A DNA stretch of 64,000 bases, from assembly GCA_022791255.1 (NCBI GenBank), contig JAAVYR010000016.1, forward strand, positions 64,497-128,496, in the 5' to 3' direction. Each line of letters starts with the position of its first letter. The first letter of the stretch is position 1. Below, in pieces: positions 30,307 through 40,015 of this stretch. Position numbers and translations under genes: made by a program. A model generated the notes under the pieces. That model saw only the letters and a list, made by a program, of their open reading frames with translations. It was not told the origin of the DNA and did no database searches. The DNA is from Peptococcaceae bacterium (GTDB lineage: Bacteria > Bacillota > Dehalobacteriia > UBA4068 > JAAVYR01).

Positions 30307-31200
30307 GTGACAATCAACGCGAAGAATATGACAGATACCGAGTTTTTCTATGGCCACAAGGGCTGTGCCGGCTGCGGCGGAAGCCTAGCCGTCCGCATCG
30401 CTCTGAAAGTCCTAGGAGAACGGTCTATTGCCGTGCTGCCGGCAGGCTGTATGTCTGCTGTGGGGTTTAATTTCCCCCAATTATGTTTTGGCAATAACGC
30501 CATCATCTCCACCTTTGCCGGCACTGCCTCTATGCTCACCGGCATTGCAGCAGGGTTACGGGCTCAGGGTGTGACAGATTTCCAGGCGGTAGGCTTTGCC
30601 GGGGATGGCGGTACGGCAGATATTGGTTTACAAGCCTTATCCGGTGCCATCGACCGTAACGATGATATTCTCTACATCTGCTATGATAACGAAGCATACA
30701 TGAATACAGGTATTCAGAAAAGCTCTCTCACTCCATATGGTGCCAAAACCACGACAACACCAGCAGGGAAACACATCCGCGGCAATCTGCGGCCCAAGAA
30801 AAATTTATTTGAAATCGTTGCCGCCCATGGGATCCCCTATGCCGCCACGGCCAGCGTAGGCGATCTCCCGGACTTTATGGCAAAGGTAGAAAAAGCCGCC
30901 ACTATCCGCGGCACCAAATACATCCATGTGATGGCGCCTTGTCCTACCGGCTGGGGCATTGCCACCGACGCTACGATTGACGCTGCCAGAGAAATGGTAG
31001 ATTGCGGCTTATGGTATTTAGCAGAATATGAAAACGGTACCTACACCTTAAATCGGAAACCGAAAAACTTTAGTGACATTGGCACCTACCTAAAAAACCA
31101 AGGCCGCTTCCGTCACCTAACAGACGATGATATCGCCGCTATTACAGAGACACGAGATAAAAAATGGCAACAGATTAACAAAAACTTTTTATATAGATAA
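30307..31200 (+). CDS. porB: 2-oxoacid:ferredoxin oxidoreductase, beta subunit (TPP-binding)
   Basis: GTG start 4 nt after the porA stop. GCAGCGG, GDGG and the TPP-binding fold. CPTGWG motif. Confidence 0.85.
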   Translation: MTINAKNMTDTEFFYGHKGCAGCGGSLAVRIALKVLGERSIAVLPAGCMSAVGFNFPQLCFGNNAIISTFAGTASMLTGIAAGLRAQGVTDFQAVGFAGDGGTADIGLQALSGAIDRNDDILYICYDNEAYMNTGIQKSSLTPYGAKTTTTPAGKHIRGNLRPKKNLFEIVAAHGIPYAATASVGDLPDFMAKVEKAATIRGTKYIHVMAPCPTGWGIATDATIDAAREMVDCGLWYLAEYENGTYTLNRKPKNFSDIGTYLKNQGRFRHLTDDDIAAITETRDKKWQQINKNFLYR

Positions 31201-31215
31201 TAGGAGGAACATAAC

Positions 31216-32565
31216 ATGACCGAACCGAAAAACAGACCAGATAATTCTTGTAAATATTGGAATGAGACACTGGAAACCATGCCCCATGCAGAACTGGAAA
31301 AACTCCAACTGGAACGACTCAAAGAAATGGTGGCTTTCGCCTATGAAAATGCCCCCTACTACAAACGGTCCTTTGATGCAGCAGGTGTAAAGCCAGAAGA
31401 TATCCAGAGTCTGGCAGACCTAGCCAAATTCCCTTTTATCGATAAGAAAACCCAGCGGGATACCCAAGGAGTCGGCTCCTTCCTGGGCGAACTATGCGCC
31501 GTACCGGAAGAAGATGTAGTCTTTATCTCCACCTCTAGTGGTTCCACAGGTGTTCCCACCATGAGCCCCTTCACCAAACAAGATTTTGACGAATTCCAAG
31601 ATACAGAAAGCCGCTGGTTTTGGCAAATCGGTATGCGCCCCAACGACCGTTATGTTCATGCCCTAAACTTCTCCCTCTATGTAGGCGGACCGGATGTTAT
31701 CGGCGCCCAAAACCTTGGTGCACTCTGCATCTGGGGCGGCACTCTTCCCAGCGAACGATTGCTTTTTGTGCTCAAGACATACCAACCTACCATCATCTGG
31801 ACCAGTCCTTCCTATGCTTGGTATTTAGGAGAAACCGCTAAGAAAAACGGCATCGACCCTAAGAAAGATTTAGCCATCCGCAAAATTATCGTAGCAGGAG
31901 AAGCAGGCGGCTCCATCCCTGCCACGCGCAAAGCCATCGAAGACCTCTGGGGAGCAGAGCTCTATGACTTCTATGGATTATCCGATATTTTCGGCGCTTG
32001 CGCTGCTATGTGCGAAGCCAAAGACGGTCTCCACATTGCCGAAGACCAAATCTTAGTAGAAACCGTTGATATTAACACTGGCGAAGTGCTGCCGGCTGGC
32101 TCTGTAGGAGAATTAGTTTACACCACTTTACGGAAACATGCCCGCCCGATGATACGGTTCCGCACCGGCGATATTGGCTGGATAGATAACACCCCTTGCA
32201 GCTGCGGCCGCACCCATGGCCGCATTCACATCCAAGGCCGCAAAGACGATATGTTCATTGTCTCTGCTGTAAATGTATTCCCTAGCGACATTGAAGCAGT
32301 ACTCCGAGGCCTTAAAGGCATTACCGGGGAATACTTGGTTCGCATCTTTGAAAAAGACCTTACCTGCAAATATGCAGTAGAAATCGAAAAAACCAGTGAC
32401 AACACGGAAACTGATGATGAAGTCGCAAAACGGGTTTCTGCAGCACTAAAAGGCAGAATAGGCGTAAAACCATATACCGTCACCGTTCATCCCGACGGCG
32501 GCCTGGACACCCGCTCCGAACATAAGGCAAAACGGGTTATCGACGAGCGAACCACTCGTGTATGA
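31216..32565 (+). CDS. phenylacetate-CoA ligase family protein (PaaK / F390-synthetase-like adenylate-forming enzyme)
   Basis: N-terminal LERLKEMVAFAYENAPYYKR, AMP-binding SSGSTGVPT and a C-terminal PaaK-type domain. Co-transcribed with porGDAB. Confidence 0.8.
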   Translation: MTEPKNRPDNSCKYWNETLETMPHAELEKLQLERLKEMVAFAYENAPYYKRSFDAAGVKPEDIQSLADLAKFPFIDKKTQRDTQGVGSFLGELCAVPEEDVVFISTSSGSTGVPTMSPFTKQDFDEFQDTESRWFWQIGMRPNDRYVHALNFSLYVGGPDVIGAQNLGALCIWGGTLPSERLLFVLKTYQPTIIWTSPSYAWYLGETAKKNGIDPKKDLAIRKIIVAGEAGGSIPATRKAIEDLWGAELYDFYGLSDIFGACAAMCEAKDGLHIAEDQILVETVDINTGEVLPAGSVGELVYTTLRKHARPMIRFRTGDIGWIDNTPCSCGRTHGRIHIQGRKDDMFIVSAVNVFPSDIEAVLRGLKGITGEYLVRIFEKDLTCKYAVEIEKTSDNTETDDEVAKRVSAALKGRIGVKPYTVTVHPDGGLDTRSEHKAKRVIDERTTRV

Positions 32566-32576
32566 TGAAAATAATA

Positions 32577-32612
32577 TAAAAAAGAGACTGCAATTTTTTG
32601 CAGTCTCTTTTT
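32577..32612 (+). terminator. rho-independent terminator of the por/paaK operon
   Basis: AAAAAGAGACTGCAA-tttttt-GCAGTCTCTTTTTTATT. Confidence 0.55.
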
Positions 32613-32674
32613 TATTGGTATGCTTTTATAAAAAAACATCCATACAGAACCATCTGTATGGATGCAAGAATGCT

Positions 32675-32750
<76 letters not shown>

Positions 32751-32753
32751 ATA

Positions 32754-32838
<85 letters not shown>

Positions 32839-32860
32839 ATATAAAATAAGTTTTAAGAAT

Positions 32861-32936
32861 TGGAGCCGAAGATGGGACTCGAACCCGCAACCTGCTGATT
32901 ACAAATCAGCTGCTCTGCCAATTGAGCTACTTCGGC
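32861..32936 (-). tRNA. tRNA-Thr (anticodon TGT)
   Basis: GCCGAAGTAGCTCAATTGGCAGAGCAGCTGATTTGTAATCAGCAGGTTGCGGGTTCGAGTCCCATCTTCGGCTCCA. Confidence 0.85.
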
Positions 32937-33049
32937 TTACTTCAGAACAAAAGTTATTATATCAGTCTTTTCCCTATTTGTCAACGGAATATCTGAGAAA
33001 CATAAAATTTTTCCCGCCTAAATCATAAAATACCCGGCAGCCATCATCC

Positions 33050-33706
33050 TTATACACGGCTTTCCAGGTATTTTTCCAGTTTCCGTTTGACGCGCTGCAG
33101 CGCATTGTCGATAGATTTCACATGACGGTCCAAGTCTTGCGCGATTTCCTGATAAGACTTGCCCTCGAGATAATACATAAGTACCTTCCACTCCAGAGAG
33201 CTTAAAATTTCCCCCATTTTATTTTCGATATCTTCAAACTCTTCTCGGCTAATCATTAATTCTTCAGGGTCGGTAATCTTCCCACCAGCAATGATATCCA
33301 TCAGCGTTCGGTCAGAGTCCTCATCATAGATAGGCTTGTTTAAGGACACATAAGAGTTTAAGGGAATATGCTTTTGTCTTGTCGCAGTCTTAATGGCAGT
33401 AATAATCTGCCGCGTAATACAAAGCTCCGCAAAGGCACGAAAAGACGCCTTCTTATCTCCGCGAAAATCACGGATAGCTTTATAAAGACCAATCATCCCT
33501 TCTTGGATAATATCCTCACGGTCTGCACCTATCAAAAAATAGGAACGAGCTTTGGCACGAACAAAATTTTTATACTTATGGATGAGATATTCCTGGGCAG
33601 CTAACTGCCCGTCTCTGGCTAAATCCACAATCTGCTCGTCCAACATTAAGTCAAAGGGTTGAGAAATTTCTTTTTGGGTCTGTCCTGCCATGCTTTTTTC
33701 CTCCAT
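33050..33706 (-). CDS. sigH: RNA polymerase sigma-H factor
   Basis: 218 aa, nearly collinear with B. subtilis SigH. Matching blocks include YRNFVRAKARSYFLIGADREDIIQEGMIGLYKAIRDF and RHVKSIDNALQRVKRKLEKYLE. Confidence 0.85.
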   Translation of the reverse strand: MEEKSMAGQTQKEISQPFDLMLDEQIVDLARDGQLAAQEYLIHKYKNFVRAKARSYFLIGADREDIIQEGMIGLYKAIRDFRGDKKASFRAFAELCITRQIITAIKTATRQKHIPLNSYVSLNKPIYDEDSDRTLMDIIAGGKITDPEELMISREEFEDIENKMGEILSSLEWKVLMYYLEGKSYQEIAQDLDRHVKSIDNALQRVKRKLEKYLESRV

Positions 33707-33957
33707 TTCTCAACACTTTTTCTCATCTGCACAAGTTCCCTAGAAGTTACCCTTTAGATTATACCGGGCTACAAAAGCCCCTGTCAATAGCACTTCCTAA
33801 CAAAGCTGTCAATATTTACCGTATGCCCCGCAGCTATTCTTTTCTTAGTTAGGTTAACAAAATCAACTAAAATCTTGCTGAAAATCCATATCTTTTATTT
33901 ATTTATTTCCCCCTGAGGGATTTTGCCCCAAAGGATCCTTTTCCATTATGAGCCGTT

Positions 33958-34719
33958 TTAGATGCTTTGCTGATGCGCAGCATGACGCTGCCTTTGCCGC
34001 AACGCTTCATATAGCAGCACTGCTCCAGCATTGGATACATTGAGAGAGTTCACCTGCCCAGCCATAGGAATATGAACCAAATAGTCACAGTTCTTTAAAA
34101 GCAGTGGCGCAATGCCTTTCCCTTCGCTGCCCAGCACCAGCGCAATAGGACCAGTAAAATCACATTGCCAAAGGCCACTAGAACCAGGCCGTTCTGCTTC
34201 TGCTCCTGCTACCCATAGCCCTGCTTTTTTCAGCTTTTCCACCGCCTGTACCAGGTTTCCTACCCGAGCAATAGGCATAAAAGCAGCAGCCCCTGCCGAT
34301 ACCTTGATGACTGTTTCATTGACAGCCACAGCCCGTCGCTGGGGGATAATGATACCATGAACCCCTACACATTCTGCTGTACGAATAAGAGCTCCTAGAT
34401 TATGCGGGTCCTCTACCTCTGACAACACCAACACCAGAGGCGCTTCTCCCGCTTCTTCAGCTCGTGCCAGGATATCCTCTACCTCTACATAGGTAAAGTC
34501 GCTGACTTCCGCCGCAATGCCCTGATGGTGCTCTTTCGTCATATTATCCAGCACAGACCGGTCCACGAAAGTAAAAGGAACCTTTTTTTCTTTACAAAGT
34601 GCAGTAACTTTCGCCACAAAGGCCCGGTCCATACCTTGGGCAAGCCAGACTTTATGGATGGTCCGCCCACTTTTCATGCCTTCCAGCACTGCATTTTTCC
34701 CATAAATTTTTTCCGCCAT
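33958..34719 (-). CDS. rlmB: 23S rRNA (guanosine-2'-O)-methyltransferase RlmB (SpoU/TrmH family, YacO)
   Basis: Start at MAEKIYGKNAV 6 nt after the thyX stop. SPOUT motifs LVLGSEGKGI and NVSNAGAVLLYE. Confidence 0.8.
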   Translation of the reverse strand: MAEKIYGKNAVLEGMKSGRTIHKVWLAQGMDRAFVAKVTALCKEKKVPFTFVDRSVLDNMTKEHHQGIAAEVSDFTYVEVEDILARAEEAGEAPLVLVLSEVEDPHNLGALIRTAECVGVHGIIIPQRRAVAVNETVIKVSAGAAAFMPIARVGNLVQAVEKLKKAGLWVAGAEAERPGSSGLWQCDFTGPIALVLGSEGKGIAPLLLKNCDYLVHIPMAGQVNSLNVSNAGAVLLYEALRQRQRHAAHQQSI

Positions 34720-34724
34720 GGCTA

Positions 34725-35423
34725 CTATTCCTCTGTCTTTCTGCCCCGCTTCACTACATTTTTCGTTCGACCGCAACACATAGCCCCTTCGAAACATAAG
34801 TCCATCGATACACAAGTCGGCCCAGCCCCAGCAAAGAGATGAGGCGCTACCTGCTGTACTTCTTTTAACATCAGGTTTGCCATTTTACGGATTTCCCATT
34901 GGGCCCGTGTGCAACAACGCAACTCAAAGAAATGTAAGAGACTCCGGGCATTCATGGTCACGATTAAGTTGGTACTGGCAGCATTGGGCAGGATATAGCG
35001 AGCGTCTTCCGGGGCAATGCCCAACGCCAGCAGTTCATTATATTTTCCCTGCAAATCATCAATGATTGCCAGATATTTTTCTTTTAGCTCATCATTTGCG
35101 GCAATAGAGTCTGGGATAACATAGTCAAAGGCTTTTTCCTTCACATAACGTTGGGACTTCTGAGAGAAGGACACTCCGATACGGTGCCGCACCAGCTGAT
35201 GAGAAAGGGCTCTGCTTACCCCATCAATAGAAAAAGTAAAAGACGCATGTTCAAAAGGAGAAGTATGACCTAACGAAACCAACCGCTGCAAAAATTTCTC
35301 CACCTCTTGGTCAGAAAAGCCCTCCATAATATCACTGCCGCTCTTCGGTGAGTAGCAAAGACGGGCTGCCGCCGCCACGACCCTTTCCGGTTCCGGTGTA
35401 TGAGAAATCAGTGTTACTTCCAT
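34725..35423 (-). CDS. thyX: FAD-dependent thymidylate synthase
   Basis: ThyX signature RHRxxSxxxxSxR (LVRHRIGVSFSQKSQRY). Confidence 0.85.
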   Translation of the reverse strand: MEVTLISHTPEPERVVAAAARLCYSPKSGSDIMEGFSDQEVEKFLQRLVSLGHTSPFEHASFTFSIDGVSRALSHQLVRHRIGVSFSQKSQRYVKEKAFDYVIPDSIAANDELKEKYLAIIDDLQGKYNELLALGIAPEDARYILPNAASTNLIVTMNARSLLHFFELRCCTRAQWEIRKMANLMLKEVQQVAPHLFAGAGPTCVSMDLCFEGAMCCGRTKNVVKRGRKTEE

Positions 35424-35427
35424 AGGT

Positions 35428-35952
35428 TCATACCTCCTCTATGTTTTCTGCGCCGCCGCAAAACTTGTCCTTACCAATCCCCACAGGGATTTGTCCTGCA
35501 GCTTCCCATTGCCACAGGACCTGGAATATTTCTGTCAGCCGTTCCAAGTTTTGCGTTAAATAGAGATAGCCCACCAACGCTTCTAACCCCGTCGCAAGAC
35601 GATAAGTAGGCGCTGTAGTGCTTTTAGGCAGGTGCCCGCCTTTGGCATTACGCCCCCGGCGCAAGATATCCTTTTCTGCTTCGTTAAGCTTCGGTTCAAT
35701 AGCTAATGCCAGCGCTGCTTGGGTTTCCGCACAGACCAGCTGGATGGTTTTTTGGTGGATTTGCTTTACCTTGACAGCGCTTCCCATCAACATATACTGC
35801 CGGACTAATAGCTCATAAACAGCATCCCCCATATAAGCCAAGGTCAATACAGAATGCTGCAGAGGCTGTTGTCCAGCCATATCCTGCCAGGCTGGCAGCT
35901 GATAGCGTACATCCTTTTGTGGTTTTCCTGCTAAAATTACTTCCTGCGTCAA
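35428..35952 (-). CDS. mrnC: mini-ribonuclease III
   Basis: LAYMGDAVYELLVR RNase III signature. About 170 aa. Position directly downstream of cysS as in Bacillus (yazC). Confidence 0.8.
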   Translation of the reverse strand: MTQEVILAGKPQKDVRYQLPAWQDMAGQQPLQHSVLTLAYMGDAVYELLVRQYMLMGSAVKVKQIHQKTIQLVCAETQAALALAIEPKLNEAEKDILRRGRNAKGGHLPKSTTAPTYRLATGLEALVGYLYLTQNLERLTEIFQVLWQWEAAGQIPVGIGKDKFCGGAENIEEV

Positions 35953-35982
35953 AAAATTACCGCTCCCTTGTCTTCTCTCTTT

Positions 35983-37395
35983 TTATTTGCTCTGCTTCCA
36001 ACGAGGCCCCTGCGGTGTATCCTCGATGACAATATCCATTGCCTTTAAGGCGTCACGGATTTGGTCTGCCAGAGCCCAGTTTTTTTCAGTACGGGCCTTG
36101 CCGCGGATATCCATGATGAGCGCCATCAGTCCATCGGTCAGGTCGTCCCGTTGGGCAGCCTCCGGTAGGATAACCCCCAACACACTATGCCACTCGGTAA
36201 ATAAATCTAGTGCTGCCTGCAGCTGCCCACTGCTGGCAAGATTATCTTTTAACCAGCTATTTACTTCTCTGCAGAAATCAAAGATAACAGCAATGGCCAG
36301 CGCCGTATTAAAGTCATCGTCCATCGCCGCAATGAAATCTGCCCGGGCTTGTTCTATTACAGAAGAAATATTCGCTCCATCACCAACTGCCTCAACAGCC
36401 GCCGCCAGTGCAGCCTCTAGGTTGGTAACACAGTTGGTTATCCGCTCTAAGCCTTTTGCCGCTACAGAAAGCTTTTCATCATCAAAGTCGATAGGGCTAC
36501 GGTAGTGGGTAGAAAGCAGATAAAACCGTACCACTTCCCCAGAGAATTTCTCTAAGACATCCCGAAGCAGGAAGAAATTACCCAAAGACTTAGACATTTT
36601 TTCCTGGTTTACGGTAATAAAGCCATTATGCAGCCAATACTTCGCCATTTCCGGTCCACAGAGCGCTTCCGACTGGGCGATTTCATTTTCATGGTGTGGG
36701 AAGATTAAGTCCGCTCCACCACCATGGATGTCAAAATGAGGTCCTAGATATTTCTTACTCATGGCCGAGCACTCGATGTGCCAACCGGGACGCCCCATAC
36801 CCCAGGGACTTTCCCAGGCAGGTTCGCCAGGCTTTGCGCCCTTCCAGAGGGCAAAATCCATGGCGTCTTCTTTTACCTCGCCTATTTCCACCCGAGCACC
36901 TGCCATCATGTCGTCTAAGTTCCGTTTAGAGAGCTTGCCATAGTCTGCAAAGGAACGAACCCGGAAATAGACATCATTACCAGCTACATAAGCATGACCG
37001 CTAGCAATCAGCGCCTCAACCATCTGGATGATTTCTGGCATATGTTGGGTTACCTTCGGGTGAATATCTGCCGGTAAGATTTTGATTTGCGCTACATCTT
37101 CTTCATAGGCTTTGATGTATTTTTCAGCAACGGCAGCAGCTGTAATGCCTTCTTCTCCAGACCGTTTAATAATCTTATCGTCTACATCCGTGAAATTTTG
37201 CACATAGGTAACCTGATAGCCGCGATAGATGAGATAACGGCGAATGGTATCAAACACCGTAATGGGACGAGCATTGCCCACATGGATGTAATTGTACACG
37301 GTTGGCCCGCACACATACATGCCGACTTTGCCCTCTTCCAGAGGCACAAAAGGTTCCTTTTTCTGATGCAAGGTATTATACACTGTAATACTCAT
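35983..37395 (-). CDS. cysS: cysteine--tRNA ligase
   Basis: HIGNAR (HIGH-class) and KMSKS motifs. Zn-binding Cys residues. 470 aa. Confidence 0.9.
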   Translation of the reverse strand: MSITVYNTLHQKKEPFVPLEEGKVGMYVCGPTVYNYIHVGNARPITVFDTIRRYLIYRGYQVTYVQNFTDVDDKIIKRSGEEGITAAAVAEKYIKAYEEDVAQIKILPADIHPKVTQHMPEIIQMVEALIASGHAYVAGNDVYFRVRSFADYGKLSKRNLDDMMAGARVEIGEVKEDAMDFALWKGAKPGEPAWESPWGMGRPGWHIECSAMSKKYLGPHFDIHGGGADLIFPHHENEIAQSEALCGPEMAKYWLHNGFITVNQEKMSKSLGNFFLLRDVLEKFSGEVVRFYLLSTHYRSPIDFDDEKLSVAAKGLERITNCVTNLEAALAAAVEAVGDGANISSVIEQARADFIAAMDDDFNTALAIAVIFDFCREVNSWLKDNLASSGQLQAALDLFTEWHSVLGVILPEAAQRDDLTDGLMALIMDIRGKARTEKNWALADQIRDALKAMDIVIEDTPQGPRWKQSK

Positions 37396-37487
37396 ATTCC
37401 ACCGCCTATTTTTTTACATTCATTCTTTTGCTATCTTCTATCTATATGCAGATAGCTACAGCCGCTGCGCCTAAAATCAAAAAAATC

Positions 37488-38915
37488 TTATTTCAGCGCC
37501 CCGCTCAACCGAGCCAGCACCTTTTCTTTACCCATTAAAGCCATGATTTTATCAATGTCCGGGCCATGGCATTCCCCAGTTACAGCAGCGCGGATAGGCA
37601 TATAGACTGCCGCGCCCTTGTAGCCTGTTTCTTTACACAGCTGTTTGATAGCAGTACGGATATTTTCCGGGGTAAAGTCGTCCATAGCATTCACCTTTTC
37701 CAGCATCACGCCAAGGACAGTAGGCACTTGTTCCCCTGCCATCACTTCCTGCACCTGTTCACTAGGAGCCGGCATTTCCCCGTCAATAAGAGGCATCAGT
37801 TCTTTGATATCTGCAAAACAGCTTAAATGATTGGTCATAGTTTCGGCCAGAAGCAAAAGCCGCTCCTGGTCTCCTTGCCAACCAGCAGAGAGGTGCGGCA
37901 AGATACCTGCTGCGATGTCTTCCACCGGCAGCTTCCGTAAATATTGGCCATTGAGCCAGCGAAGCTTATCCATATCAAAGACTGCCGGACTTTTAGATAC
38001 TCTATCCAGAGAAAATTCCTCTACCAGCTGTTCCAGGCTAAAGATTTCTTCTTCTTTTTCCGGTGCCCAGCCCAGGAGGGCTAGGAAGTTTACCAACGCT
38101 TCCGGTAAGAAGCCTTGTTCTTTATAGTTCACCACAGACACGGAGCCATGGCGTTTACTCATTTTGCTACGGTCTTTGCCTAATATCAAAGAGATATGAG
38201 CAAATTTCGGCGTCGGATAGCCTAACGCCTCATAAAGCAATACTTGTCTTGGTGTATTGGAAAGGTGCTCCTCCCCACGAATAACATGAGAGATTTCCAT
38301 GGTATAGTCGTCTACCACGACAGCAAAGTTGTAAGTAGGGATACCATCTGACTTCATAATGACAAAATCCCCTACCCCATCACTTTCAAAGGTTACATCG
38401 CCACGAACTAAGTCGGGGATTAAGATTTGCTTGCCGGCCGGCACCCGGAAACGGACAACAGGCTTTCTACCTTGGGCTTCCAATGCTTGCCGCTGTTCTG
38501 GCGTCAAATCCCGGCATTTCCCGGAGTAATGAGGGGTCTCCCCTTTTTCCTGTTGGGCAGCTCGTTCTGCTTCGATTTCTTCTTCACTGCAATAGCAATA
38601 ATAAGCTTTTCCTTCGTCGATGAGCTGTTGGGCGATGGCCCGATAAGTTTCCAGCCGTTCCATCTGACGGTAGGGCGCATAAGGGCCGCCAATGTCAATC
38701 CCTTCGTTCCAGGTAATGCCCAACCAACGCAAAGAGTCCTTAATATTTTCTTCCGACTCTGGTGTAGAACGGTCTCTATCCGTATCTTCGATGCGCACGA
38801 TAAAATCGCCGCCGTTTTTCTTTGCTAGCAAATAGTTAAATAACGCAGACCGCGCGCCGCCAATATGTAACGGCCCGGTAGGACTGGGTGCAAACCGTAC
38901 CCGTAATTTTGTCAT
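37488..38915 (-). CDS. gltX: glutamate--tRNA ligase
   Basis: Start at MTKLRVRFAPSPTGPLHIGGARSALFNYL (HIGH region). KMSKR motif. 475 aa. Confidence 0.9.
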   Translation of the reverse strand: MTKLRVRFAPSPTGPLHIGGARSALFNYLLAKKNGGDFIVRIEDTDRDRSTPESEENIKDSLRWLGITWNEGIDIGGPYAPYRQMERLETYRAIAQQLIDEGKAYYCYCSEEEIEAERAAQQEKGETPHYSGKCRDLTPEQRQALEAQGRKPVVRFRVPAGKQILIPDLVRGDVTFESDGVGDFVIMKSDGIPTYNFAVVVDDYTMEISHVIRGEEHLSNTPRQVLLYEALGYPTPKFAHISLILGKDRSKMSKRHGSVSVVNYKEQGFLPEALVNFLALLGWAPEKEEEIFSLEQLVEEFSLDRVSKSPAVFDMDKLRWLNGQYLRKLPVEDIAAGILPHLSAGWQGDQERLLLLAETMTNHLSCFADIKELMPLIDGEMPAPSEQVQEVMAGEQVPTVLGVMLEKVNAMDDFTPENIRTAIKQLCKETGYKGAAVYMPIRAAVTGECHGPDIDKIMALMGKEKVLARLSGALK

Positions 38916-39201
38916 TTCACAATCCCCTCTCACTCTACATAAACTATAACAAAATAAACAAAACCATCATTTGTTTTTGGTTTGTTTTTGAGGTGTTTTT
39001 GGTCGTCTCTATGACCATATCGCCACCGTTATCAGCTGGATAGCAATCTGGTATCGATAATGGTATCAATAATGGATATATACTAGTTTATTCTACCACG
39101 GTTTTTATAAAAATCCTAGTGTTTCCCTGGTAAAGTTTTTACTTTTTCTTGAAACAAAAAATAGTTTCCGCCTAATACTTCTCACAGCGAAAGGAGAACC
39201 C

Positions 39202-39951
39202 ATGCTGGAAAGCCATCTTTTTACCGGTCTGGAATACTTTACCACCCATTCTCCTGGTGAAATCCTCTGGACCATCCTCACCGTGACCATGATTGATTTA
39301 GTTTTAAGCGGTGATAATGCTGCCGTCATCGCGCTGGCTGTCAGAGGATTGCCTGCCCATATCAAGAGAAAAGCTACCACCTACGGCATTACCATCGCTA
39401 TTATCCTACAAGTAGCCTTCACGCTGATGGCCACTTGGCTGATGACCATTCCATATCTGACTGCTATTGGCGGATTATCGCTGCTCTTTATCACCTGGAA
39501 ACTGCTGACTGACCACGACTATGAAGAGGAACTAGCCCCACCACCAGATAAAGAAGAACGAACCTTTCCCGAGGCGCTGCTCTTTATCATTCTGGCTAAT
39601 CTTTCCATGTCCTTTGATAATGTGTTAGGGGTGGCAGGCGCTGCAGGCGGCAACTACTCTCTGGTTTTTTGTAGTCTGCTTTTATCCATCCCCCTACTGA
39701 TTTTAGGTGCTGGCTGGATTGGAAAGCTCATGGAACTATTCCCGCCTGTTATCTTCATAGGCGGCGGCATCCTTGCCCACACAGCCATCAGCATGATTTT
39801 CATGGATAGCGCCCTAAACCTCGCTGAGAAAATCGCCCCTTTTAGCGGTAGCCTCTTAGGCTGGATCGTCGGGCTTTCCATTATGATATATGGTTGCACG
39901 AAAAAAGCCCTACCCCGCAAAAAAGAAAACAAGACCCGAAACCAAACCTAA
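39202..39951 (+). CDS. TerC/YjbE family integral membrane protein
   Basis: Repeated SxDNxxV motifs (LSGDNAAVIALAV, SFDNVLGVAGAAGG) typical of the TerC family. Seven predicted transmembrane helices. Confidence 0.75.
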   Translation: MLESHLFTGLEYFTTHSPGEILWTILTVTMIDLVLSGDNAAVIALAVRGLPAHIKRKATTYGITIAIILQVAFTLMATWLMTIPYLTAIGGLSLLFITWKLLTDHDYEEELAPPPDKEERTFPEALLFIILANLSMSFDNVLGVAGAAGGNYSLVFCSLLLSIPLLILGAGWIGKLMELFPPVIFIGGGILAHTAISMIFMDSALNLAEKIAPFSGSLLGWIVGLSIMIYGCTKKALPRKKENKTRNQT

Positions 39952-39993
39952 AAAGGTGGTTCTCTCTGAAAGAGAACCACCTTTTCTTATTTT
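39950..39993. terminator. bidirectional terminator between the TerC-family gene and the anti-sigma gene
   Basis: AAAAAGGTGGTTCTCTC-tgaa-AGAGAACCACCTTTTCTT hairpin. Confidence 0.55.
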
Positions 39994-40015
39994 GTTACCA
40001 GCGCTATAAAGCTCG

